A DNA stretch of 64,000 bases from NCBI GenBank assembly GCA_938004065.1, contig CALKWM010000039.1, positions 1,313 through 65,312 of the forward strand, written 5' to 3'. Positions 1-9,300 of the stretch are shown here, in pieces. Below the pieces are notes generated by a model. That model made no database searches and was not told the DNA's origin. It saw only the letters and a list, made by a program, of their open reading frames with translations. The stretch's first letter is position 1; every line of letters starts with the position of its first letter. Origin of the DNA: an uncultured bacterium (lineage in GTDB: Bacteria > Patescibacteriota > JAHJAL01). The translations under genes were made by a program, and so were the position numbers.

Positions 1-833
1 CAAACCTTTCCCTAAAAGGGAAAGCCGTCACTAAACTGACAGTAACTAATAGATTTTTGTTCGAGTCGACATACAAAGACTCGAATGACAATTTCCGGTT
101 CAATGGTTATTTGGACGGGGACCGGATCTGTCAATCATTTTTCGATAACAATACCAATAAAAAGCACTACCTGAATGCAATTGTGCTTCAAGGTAGTCAC
201 AGTTTCTCTCAATACGCCGTCAATAAAAACGGCAAGAAATACAAAGTGGGAGACAGTCATGCCTGGAGTTTATCAGGCGATCTGGTGGAAAAGAAAATCC
301 TGATTGATGTGATCAATCCCACCGGAACTCCGATTACTGTTCACCCCACAGATCCCAATATGCTAATTGGGGGAAACACCATTAATGATAGTGGTTATCG
401 GATTGTTGGGAGCGATCCTGATCATTCAGGTCAGTTAATTGTCTCGACATATGATCCGGCTGCCGGTACTACACCAGCAGAACAAATATGTATCCGAGAC
501 GACATGGGAACTACCCAGGAAACAATGGTAGTCTATGTCGAGACCAAATATAATGATTCCGACTACAGTGCCAATAAAAAAATGGTAGTCGAAGTCAAGG
601 GAATCAACGGTGAGTGGATCTACTATGATGTTTTCGGACAGGATTACAACCTGTTTGACACTCCCGTAACGGAATTATTGATTCCCATACAAGTTACTGG
701 ACCAATTAACTTGGTAGGTTACAAATCAAATGCCTACCAGGATATTATCAATATTGGTTCCAGAAATTTTGTCATTTCAACTGTAGCCAGCTATGGCTCC
801 CGTGAGGTAACAACTTTCCCTCGCGGCTACTAA
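1..833 (+). CDS. Hypothetical, probably secreted/surface beta-rich protein; 5'-truncated by the window edge
   Basis: Frame is open from position 3 (NLSLKGKAVTK...) to TAA at 833; followed by a terminator hairpin. Confidence 0.7.
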   Translation, partial: NLSLKGKAVTKLTVTNRFLFESTYKDSNDNFRFNGYLDGDRICQSFFDNNTNKKHYLNAIVLQGSHSFSQYAVNKNGKKYKVGDSHAWSLSGDLVEKKILIDVINPTGTPITVHPTDPNMLIGGNTINDSGYRIVGSDPDHSGQLIVSTYDPAAGTTPAEQICIRDDMGTTQETMVVYVETKYNDSDYSANKKMVVEVKGINGEWIYYDVFGQDYNLFDTPVTELLIPIQVTGPINLVGYKSNAYQDIINIGSRNFVISTVASYGSREVTTFPRGY

Positions 834-847
834 TACCCAAACACCTA

Positions 848-882
848 TTTACCCTCCAAATAAACGGAGGGTAAATTTTTTT
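848..882 (+). terminator. Rho-independent terminator
   Basis: TTTACCCTCC-loop-GGAGGGTAAA followed by a T-run. Confidence 0.75.
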
Positions 883-886
883 ACAT

Positions 887-923
887 AAAAAAGACCCCGT
901 CAAATCTAGTTATATGGGGTCTT
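887..923 (-). terminator. Terminator for rlmN
   Basis: AAGACCCC...GGGGTCTT stem with an A-run on + (U-run on -). Confidence 0.6.
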
Positions 924-948
924 ATATTTTTTACTTACTTCTTACTTC

Positions 949-2208
949 TTATTTCTTACTACTCAACTGCCCGCACGCTCCGCCAATATCCGCTCCCATC
1001 GCCACTCGAACGGCTACCGGTACTCCCAGTTTATTTAATTCATCTTTAAATCTATTGACCCGAAAGTTATTCGGTTTTTTCATATTTAATTTATTTATCG
1101 CTCCCACTACCTCGGGAGCGCCCCTTTGGGGCTTCCCGCTCCTCCTCGGCAAGGAGGAGAAGCAAACGCAACCATTCTCTTTTTCAGTGGTGGAAAGTTC
1201 AAGGCAATTCCCCTCCTCGCAGGAGGATGGGCAACAAAGCCCGTCAGGGCGTATGGGGGTGGTGGTTTTGGTTGGCGGATTGTATGGGATTAAATTAACG
1301 AAAAACTGGTGATCGTACAAAATTTCCGCCAATTTTTTCGCTTGTTTTAGACTATCATTTAATCCCTCGATCAAGATATATTCATAACTTACTCTTCGGC
1401 TGGTTTGTTTGGAATACTCTCGGCAGACTTTCAATAATTCTTTGATCGTATTTGCCTTTGCCACATTGGGCATCAATTTCTCTCTTAACTCTTGATTTGG
1501 AGCATGCAAACTAATCGCCAGCCCAATATGCGGAAATTGCTCGAGAAATTTTTTGAGCGGTTCGATATATCCGCTGGTTGATACGGTAATCTTGCGTTTA
1601 CCTAATCCGAACATATGGTCATCGGTCAAAATTTCCACCGCTCTCGACACATTATTCAAATTCAACATCGGTTCGCCCATTCCCATAAATACGATATTAT
1701 TGATTGTATTTCCAGTTGAAAAGGTATTTCCCCTCCTTTCCAAGGAGGGGTGGTCCGATTTTCGGACCGGGGTGGTTTTTTCCAATTTCCGTGCGAAATA
1801 CAACACCTGATCAACAATCTCTTTGGCGGTTAAATTTCGTTTAAATCCCATCGCGCCGGTGGCGCAAAATTTACATCCCACCGGACAACCCGACTGGCTG
1901 GAAACACAAACCGTATTGCGTCCTTCGTGCATCATCAACACCGATTCGATCAGATTTCCATCCTCCAGTTTAAACAAAACTTTGATCGTGTCTGATTTAT
2001 CGCTTATTCTCTCGCTCACCAATTCCAAATCACTCAATTTTACGTTGAGTTTCAAATAATTCCGCACTTCTTTGGGCAAACTGGTCGCTTGCTCCCAATC
2101 GTGGATCAATTGTCTGAAAATAGCATGATTGATCTGCTTGCTTCTGAATTTCGGCCATCCGATTTGTTGTACTATCCGTTGGAACATTTTTCGTCTATCA
2201 ATTATCAA
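949..2208 (-). CDS. rlmN: 23S rRNA/tRNA m2A methyltransferase RlmN (radical SAM) with two in-frame repeat-derived insertions
   Basis: IESVLM, TVCVSSQSGCPVGCKFC (CxxxCxxC), VFMGMGEP, SLHAPN and C-terminal GACGQL; the start may be ATG 2187. Confidence 0.93.
   Translation of the reverse strand: MIIDRRKMFQRIVQQIGWPKFRSKQINHAIFRQLIHDWEQATSLPKEVRNYLKLNVKLSDLELVSERISDKSDTIKVLFKLEDGNLIESVLMMHEGRNTVCVSSQSGCPVGCKFCATGAMGFKRNLTAKEIVDQVLYFARKLEKTTPVRKSDHPSLERRGNTFSTGNTINNIVFMGMGEPMLNLNNVSRAVEILTDDHMFGLGKRKITVSTSGYIEPLKKFLEQFPHIGLAISLHAPNQELREKLMPNVAKANTIKELLKVCREYSKQTSRRVSYEYILIEGLNDSLKQAKKLAEILYDHQFFVNLIPYNPPTKTTTPIRPDGLCCPSSCEEGNCLELSTTEKENGCVCFSSLPRRSGKPQRGAPEVVGAINKLNMKKPNNFRVNRFKDELNKLGVPVAVRVAMGADIGGACGQLSSKK
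1099..1263. repeat. Inverted pair of REP-like palindromic elements inside rlmN
   Basis: Hairpins CGCTCCC/GGGAGCG, GCCCC/GGGGC, CTCCTCCT/AGGAGGAG, CCTCCT/AGGAGG and GCCC/GGGC; GC-rich in an AT-rich gene. Confidence 0.75.
1728..1777. repeat. REP-like double-hairpin element inside rlmN
   Basis: TTCCCCTCCTT-TCC-AAGGAGGGG-T-GGTCCGA-TTT-TCGGACC-GGGGTGGTT. Confidence 0.8.
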
Positions 2209-2541
2209 TTTTATTTATTATATGTTGTATATCTGAATTTTTAAAGCTTCAATATTCAATATCCAAATAATAAACATTAATAAAAGTATAATATTCGATT
2301 TGTTATGTTTGATATGTTTGATATTTTCCGCCCAAGGCGGATGCGCCTAGGGCGCAGATAGGTATAACTCAATAATTTAGCAATATTTTTTTACCACAAT
2401 ATTTCAATTTTTAAATTTTCATTACGACAATTTAACCATTCAACAATACATTTACTTCACATTTTTTCAAAATATATTATCATTAACTTACAGGCAAAAT
2501 ATTTTATTTATCATTATATTAACTATTAACCCCCTCGCATT

Positions 2542-3441
2542 ATGAACAAAAAAATTCTCATGGTCTCGGCAATCTTTGTTATGCTCTCCGGCCAAATAGC
2601 TTTTGCCAGAAGCTATGACGCTTGTGTTAGTACTAGCGAATGTGATTATATCCAAGATGAAATTAGCGAGTCGCCTAGCAGTGGGAGTGATCAATTGCTA
2701 GATTATATCCGGGTTACCTCTCCAAACGGTGGGTAAATCTTGGGTAGAAACGCCACCGGCTATGTTCAAACTTCATTATTACCTCTCGACAAGTATCAAA
2801 TCACTTGGGAATCGCTTTCCACTCAAGTCAACAAACTGGATATCCTGTATTCCCTGGATTTTGGTAACAACTATGTTCCAATCGCGGAACAAATAGACAA
2901 TGTCGGTTATTTCAACTGGACTTTGCCAAATGCCGATTCCGACCAGGCCCTGATCAGAATCAATGCCTATGGACCGACCGGTCAAAATCTTGGTTCAGAT
3001 ACTTCCAACTCTCCATTTATCATCCGCAACTACCAACCCACTTATGAAGACGTCAGCACCAATAGTTATGAATACAATGCTCTCTACATCAGCCAAAGCA
3101 TCGTGGGGCCCGTATCGGCCGGGGAAAGATTTCAAGTCAACGTTACATTTAAAAATACCGGTACTGCCACCTGGTATCGCAATAGTGATTACTCAGTTCA
3201 TCTGGGAACCGCCAACCCCCGCGATCGTTACTCCGTATTTTTAGACAACAGCTGGCTATCTACTGATCGTCCGGCGATGTTGTACGAGGATATGGTGGCG
3301 CCCGGCGAAATTGGTACTTTTGTTTTCTATCTAACCGCTCCTCAAACTGCCGGAGTATATCATGAAGCTTTCGCGCCGGTAGCCGAGGGCTTGACCTGGA
3401 TGGACTCCAGTTTGGCGATTATGACTTTCCAGGTAAATTAA
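2542..3441 (+). pseudogene. Secreted protein (signal peptide, 'VTSPNGGE'-type Ig-like domain, NBR1-Ig-like domain) interrupted by one in-frame TAA at 2734-2736
   Basis: ORFs 2542..2736 and 2740..3441 are in the same frame; the motif SPNGG* suggests GAA>TAA; C-terminal FKNTGTATW...VAPGEIGTFVF is NBR1-Ig-like. Confidence 0.75.
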
Positions 3442-3477
3442 TACCCGATTTTTTAAATTTCCTTCTTCCTTGATTTT

Positions 3478-3507
3478 AAAAAAGTAGCTTTTCAAAGCTA
3501 CTTTTTT
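3478..3507 (+). terminator. Rho-independent (bidirectional-type) terminator
   Basis: AAAAAAGTAGCTTT-TC-AAAGCTACTTTTTT. Confidence 0.75.
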
Positions 3508-3543
3508 GTCATTAAATAATACCATCCATATGATAAAAAACCC

Positions 3544-3572
3544 TTGAATATTGTTCAAAAGTGGATTACAAT
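3544..3572 (+). promoter_or_regulatory. sigma70-type promoter for ncRNA A
   Basis: TTGAAT-17 bp-TACAAT, with no downstream ORF nearby. Confidence 0.6.
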
Positions 3573-3578
3573 GCACTT

Positions 3579-3720
3579 AAGCATTTAGAAGCGGATATAC
3601 CGCAAAGCGGTCAGAAAGGATATTTTTCACATATATTATGATCAAATCATAAATGTGAGAGATATATGGTCCCCTTGCAGGCACAATTCGCAGTATATCT
3701 TTTCTTCTAAATGTGCTTTT
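3579..3720 (+). ncRNA. Rod-shaped structured RNA with a central bubble; 6S RNA candidate
   Basis: CATTTAGAAG/CTTCTAAATG and GATATAC/GTATATC closing stems, a central internal loop, and apical stems TCACAT/ATGTGA and TTATGAT/ATCATAA. Confidence 0.5.
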
Positions 3721-3724
3721 TGGG

Positions 3725-3761
3725 ATAATTGTTAAATTAATTTTTAACAATTATTTTTTTT
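3725..3761. terminator. Hairpin terminator between the two convergent ncRNA candidates
   Basis: ATAATTGTTAAA...TTTAACAATTAT followed by a T-run. Confidence 0.6.
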
Positions 3762-3851
3762 GCTGATTGGATGATCGCCTTTTCTTTGCCAATATAAAAT
3801 TTTTAATGATTGGGCAAAAGGCATAATTTTTTTTGATCTTCCAATCCACTA
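3725..3851 (-). ncRNA. Second structured small RNA candidate (ncRNA B), convergent with ncRNA A
   Basis: Perfect promoter upstream; long imperfect hairpin GATTGGA..GATC..GCCTTTT..CCAAT / ATTGG..AAAAGGC..GATC..TCCAATC. Confidence 0.5.
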
Positions 3852-3856
3852 GCAGC

Positions 3857-3885
3857 ATTATATATCGCATCAAATTTTATGTCAA
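3857..3885 (-). promoter_or_regulatory. Consensus sigma70 promoter
   Basis: Minus strand TTGACA-17 bp-TATAAT. Confidence 0.75.
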
Positions 3886-4186
3886 CAGTTTTGTCATGAA
3901 AACCGATTATTCATCATTAAAAATTCAAAATTAACCATATCGAGCCATCCGGAAAAATCTGGTTTTCAATGACAAAAATTTTGTCATTTTTTTACTTAAG
4001 TTTCGGCCCGATCTATCGAAATCGCTCTTCTTTGACACTTATTACATTTGTTTTTATACTCCTGATCGTATCTAAAAAAAGTGCTATATGTATGCAAACA
4101 TTACCAATGATTATTGACAGATACAAAGCATATATGATACAATAATACGAATAGATATGGGGGAAAAATAAAACCAAAACAAAAAA

Positions 4187-5950
4187 ATGGAAAATCTCGA
4201 ACACAAGCTTGATTTAAAAGAATTATCCAAACCGATAGAAATCAAAACCAACTCCCAAAAAGGATTGTTTGATTCTATTGTCGATTTTTTCAAATCCAAA
4301 CCGGAAATCAATATCCTTTCCACCAGTCCCAAGCCGATAGATAAGAAGGCGGAAGACAACATCAAAATCGATCATGACCAAACCAAAAACCACTCTCAAA
4401 CATCCGATTCCTCTATGGCCCATGATTTTTTCAAAGCCCAAGACGGCAAATCAAATACCGGTCATATCAAAGAAGCGGCTGACATCAAAAAACTCAAAGA
4501 ACAAACCAATCCTTGGTTCGGACCGAACAAACAAGCCGATTTTGAAGACTCAGATCAAACCAAGCCGGTTTCGATATTGTGGTTGGTGGGCGGTGCTCTC
4601 TTGATTGTTATCGTCATTGTGATGATCTTGGGCAGTTTTGGTTTGGTAAATTTGGTCAAAGTCGGTTTTGAAAACAACTCTCTGTCAGATGCCAAACAAG
4701 CCATTAAACAAACGACTGAATATTTAACCAGTGACAATTTAGATCTGGCTCTTAGCACCATCGACACTTTGATTGAAAATGAACCCGAGAACCAGGAAGC
4801 CATTGCTTTGCAAAAAAAGATTTATTCCCTGCAGGGAGCCAAAATAATTGATACCATTGGAGAATACAAAAACTTGCCCGCTGTGGACGATAGTTTCATG
4901 CCAATCCAAGACCCACACCATCATTTTACGGTTAGTGTGCCCTCTGAATTTAAACCGATGGATTCCGCATATGATCTGAAATATAGTAACAATAACTTAA
5001 ACCTCGGCGTGAAAAAATATCCGCGGATAAATTCCATTACCGCCCTCGATAATGCCTATCTGCAGGACTTTAGTGGTAAAGATTACCTCGTTATGGACAC
5101 CAAATCGGAAACTACTTTCCTGGAAAGTAATGCCATAATCCATGTAGTAAAAATTGACAATATGTATCAATATTCAATTCTGATGCAAAAATACCATTTC
5201 GGCTACGAAATCTCGGCTTGGATGCCGACCACCAATTATCAATCCGGTTTACCCATCATCCAAAACTTTATAAAATCATTTATTTTAAGCAACGAATATA
5301 ACATCACCGGCTATCAAAATCTGGAGAGTTTCGGCAACGATCAAATCACAATATACAACTGGCCTAACACTCTCTCACCCGAACAAAAAAACGAGATCAC
5401 TGCCGGTTTAAAAAGCAGTGTTGACTACATAAATCTACATCTCAATAAGCAATATCAAGATAAATTAAATGTTTATCTCTATCCCGATTTTGACACTTTG
5501 TATCAATACACTCTTTCCAACAATAGTTTTTCCGACTACCGACAAAAAAGCATGCACATCGTTTATACCAATGCTGAAAACCACCAAAGTTTTGGATATG
5601 AAACAACCAAGATAATTTACCAATCACTGTTCGGGGAAATAACCGAGCCATTGGTCATCAATGGAGTTGCCGTTTGGCTTGATCAGACCGGCCGTGATTA
5701 TGTGGAAATTGTTAAAAACAGTGACTACATCGCATTATCCGACTTGTTTGGCGTCAATTGGGAATTGAATCAAAGCGATCTAAAATATCATGAAGCCGGC
5801 ATATTTACCGGTTATCTAATCGATAAATACGGACTCGATCAATACATCCAACTATCCAGTCTCAAAGACTTTCCCGACGCCTATCAGACGGTTTATGGAA
5901 AAAGTTTGACCTTGCTTGAATCTGAATTCAAAACCACGCTGGGAATATAG
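4187..5950 (+). CDS. Single-pass membrane protein: TPR-like helices, PsbP-like region and a degenerate peptidase-MA-like domain
   Basis: TM segment ILWLVGGALLIVIVIVMILG; C-terminal YHEAGIFTGYLIDKYG and LESEFK are typical of the MA-like fold; HExxH is replaced by YETTK. Confidence 0.6.
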   Translation: MENLEHKLDLKELSKPIEIKTNSQKGLFDSIVDFFKSKPEINILSTSPKPIDKKAEDNIKIDHDQTKNHSQTSDSSMAHDFFKAQDGKSNTGHIKEAADIKKLKEQTNPWFGPNKQADFEDSDQTKPVSILWLVGGALLIVIVIVMILGSFGLVNLVKVGFENNSLSDAKQAIKQTTEYLTSDNLDLALSTIDTLIENEPENQEAIALQKKIYSLQGAKIIDTIGEYKNLPAVDDSFMPIQDPHHHFTVSVPSEFKPMDSAYDLKYSNNNLNLGVKKYPRINSITALDNAYLQDFSGKDYLVMDTKSETTFLESNAIIHVVKIDNMYQYSILMQKYHFGYEISAWMPTTNYQSGLPIIQNFIKSFILSNEYNITGYQNLESFGNDQITIYNWPNTLSPEQKNEITAGLKSSVDYINLHLNKQYQDKLNVYLYPDFDTLYQYTLSNNSFSDYRQKSMHIVYTNAENHQSFGYETTKIIYQSLFGEITEPLVINGVAVWLDQTGRDYVEIVKNSDYIALSDLFGVNWELNQSDLKYHEAGIFTGYLIDKYGLDQYIQLSSLKDFPDAYQTVYGKSLTLLESEFKTTLGI

Positions 5951-5974
5951 TTTTCTCACCTCAAATATTTTTTT

Positions 5975-6004
5975 AAAAAACCGTTATTTTTAAACGGTTT
6001 TTTT
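5975..6004 (+). terminator. Rho-independent terminator
   Basis: AAAAAACCGTT...AACGGTTTTTTT. Confidence 0.7.
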
Positions 6005-6065
6005 GTACCTCAAGCATGAAAGTTTTTATTTCATAATTATAATTACAACAAAAATAACAATTTGC

Positions 6066-6182
6066 AAGTAGTGCTAATTAATTTTCTTATCTGTGTCATC
6101 CTCGAATCGAAATCCGCCCAGGGCGGAGCTTCGATATCGGGGATCCAGACTATATTATTAATTTTTATTTAATACAACTCAT
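6066..6182 (+). mobile_element. Degenerate copy of the MITE family (AGTAGTGCTAA end, GTCATCCTCGA...GGGGATCC core)
   Basis: Near-identical to the reverse complement of the copy at 36571-36684. Confidence 0.75.
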
Positions 6183-6374
6183 CAATTTAGCATTTTTCAC
6201 CAATTAACAAATTAGTTAATATATCTTTTTAGTCAATAAAGACAGGCATTATCATCATTTACAACCAACTGTTATAATTGACTTTTATTTAAAACTTTGC
6301 TACATTCAAATGAAACGTCAAAACCGACGAAAAAAATAAAAGAAAATCAAAAATAAAAAGAAAATAAAAACCAA

Positions 6375-9300
6375 ATGTTATATACTTATTTTCAACAACT
6401 TGGACCCTACTTTTCCTGGATTGGCCTCTTTTGCGGTCTGTTCTTCTTTATGTATTCTGTCCGTTACTATGTAGTGTCAATACTGGTACTAATGAAAGAT
6501 CAAAAAGCATTGGCTGAGCACATGGCCGAAGAATCTTCCCGCACCAACCTCGGGTTCATCATTACCGCAGTCAATATGAACAAACACTTAAGTGAAAAAT
6601 TCAAGAAAATTTTTCAAAGTAAAAAAGTTCTCGGTTTTAAGACCACTCGCGTAAAAAATGAAGAGATGTTAAGTCATGTTACACAAACTGAAGCCGGATT
6701 TGTTACCCAAAAAGTTAACATGGCCACTTCGCAAAAATACCAAGAACTATTGGCTCGTTTACGCAATATATATTGGCAGATAAGTCAGGAGAAAAATAAA
6801 ATTGTCGTCTATCCCGCTCGTTTGGGAATCCGTAAACGCTTGCATACTATGATGATGCTCATCATCATGAAATCAAACTATCACGACTTACGTCGCAGCG
6901 TTTTAAATTATTGGTTTGAATTCAAGCAGTATTTATCAGGCAACAAAAGTTTTACGGTAGATAAAAAGAAAGCTTTAATCCAGACCAATAATTTAAATAA
7001 ATTTGCCAATTTTCCGGCCTTCTATCTGGGTTTTAAAAAGACCGTTATCGGTCAAACCAAAAAGATGGCTGTTTTGGCAAAAAGAAAAGCGTCTCTGGTC
7101 AATCTAAACAGTATTGAAATCATTGATGATCCCGCCCTGCAGCCATTTATTTCTATTCATCTGGCTTTTTACAATGAGGAAAATGTGGCGGAACGTTGTA
7201 TAGAAGCATGTTTGGCTCAAGATTATGAGCAATATGAAATAGTAATTGCCGACGATTCAAACGACCGCACCGCCGAGATATTGGCACGATATGCCCATCA
7301 TCCAAAAATCAAAATCGTCCGTCGTGACAATCGTGAAGGTTTCAAAGGCGGTGCGCTCAAAGAAGCGATCAAAGCTACCAACCCGCGTGCCAAATTCATC
7401 AATGTTTACGATGCCGACTTTGTACCACCACCAAATACCCTGAAAAACTTTATGAAGGAGTTTTTTACTCAAAACGGCAATTCCTTTGACTTAAGTGGTG
7501 AAGATAAAAATCTGGCCGCCGTTCAGGGTTATCAATGGCATGTACTAAACAAAGATGAAAACTTTGTTACCGCCGGTATCCGCTTCGGCTTTGCCGGCGG
7601 GTACATGGTGGAACGTGTCGCTCAACAATATTTTGGTGCCATGAAAATGATTGCCGGTAGTGTATTTGTTATCCGTCGCGACGTGATGGAACAATACGGC
7701 TGGCAAATGCCCGATGGTTATACTTCTATCGTGGAAGACTGGAATCTGACCATTCGTATGTACATCGACGGTTGGAAAATCGGCTATACGCCTGACATCA
7801 AAGTTCCGGCCGAATGCGTTAACTCACTTTCCAGATTGTCAAAACAACAAATCCGCTGGGCCGAAGGCCATACCTGGAATGTAAAAAAATATTTCTTCCA
7901 AGTCTTGTCCTCGGCTAAAATGACTTTGATCGAGAAACTGGAATTTTTACATTACGGCCCTTTCTATTTACAATCGGCTTTCTTTATCCTCGGTACTTTT
8001 GGTTGGATCGTGGGTGAACTGATATTTCACGCCAAAGTTCCCGGCTGGACTGCCACTCTTGGCTGGAGTCTGGTGTTTACCAACCTCATGGCTCTGCCGG
8101 TGATGTGTATCTCCGGAATTGTGTTGGAACGAGGAGAAAACCGTGATTACAATATTTTACCTTTCTTAACCTTTATTTACTACATTATCCCTTCTCTGGC
8201 CTACGCTTCCGTCCGCGGTCTGGTATCAACTCATGAAAGCGGATGGGTTCGAACCAAAAAAACCGGTTCGATTACCGATGGTATCATCGAAGGTCATATG
8301 GCGAGTAAAAATCAAAAACTCATCGACAAAAACATTGAAATATTCCAAGAAGGTTTGGAAAAAGCGGCCGCCCAATATCAAAAAGCCCATCCGATGTTCA
8401 AAGCCAAAACATCAGTAACTGAAGATTTGGCCAAAGGACGTTTGTGGATGGAATTAAAAAGAGTACCAAGATTGGGCTTGATGATTATTTTGATCATGTC
8501 CATCACTCTCGGTTCTCTGGGGTATATCGCCTCTACTGAAAAAACTCTCGCCAGTCCCGATGTACTATATCTAAATTCACCGCAATATTTAAGTTACTAT
8601 ACTGCCAATTCTCCGACAGAAATCGCTATCGGCCCCAACAACAATTCATATAGCTGGTACTCCGATCTCTGTCCGATTGGTGACGATCCGGGTGGTGTGG
8701 CCGCCGGAAATTACTCGGCCTACCTAGTACTAAACCAAAAACCTACCGTTGATAAAAACTATTCACTTTCAGTCGGTCATGTCAATGAATCGGGTGGCGA
8801 CTATCAAGCCATCACGTCCACCGGCTTGACCATCAATCAATCCACCTCCAATTTGCTTTCGATCAATCTAGGTAACGGTCCGGAAATTGTCTGTAACAAA
8901 GAAAATAAAAGAAAAATGGTCTTTACCATCAGCTATGTTGGTGCTCCTTCCGGCTGTGATTTGAACTGTGATGGAGATGATGGCGAATGCTCTGGCGAAG
9001 AGTGCTCAACTTGCGACAAAAGTGGTGATGATTGTGATTTGTCGGATATTTCAGACGAAAAGGAACAAATTATAACAAATGATATCGCCGAAGAATCAAC
9101 TACGATTTCCGATTCCAAACCAAAAAAAATTAAGCAATCCAATTTATCCGATGAATTGATATTCAATCGATCCGGCTTTTCGCCTTTTATCGAAACCGCT
9201 CATGCTACCGTCATTCCCTGCGGTGAAGAAGTGTGCAATTATACTGATGACATGAATTTCTATACTGCATTATCGGCGACCGCATCAGGCACCTATCCGA

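Noticed and set aside
1099..1263. Intein or self-splicing intron in rlmN
   Set aside because: Too short, no intein C/S...HN termini and no group I/II core; better explained as palindromic repeat insertions.
914..1312. 132-aa + strand ORF and the many other short antisense ORFs in the track (e.g. 23770..24330, 34067..34576, 40487..41032, 48520..49104)
   Set aside because: Shadows of well-supported genes on the opposite strand, with no motifs of their own.
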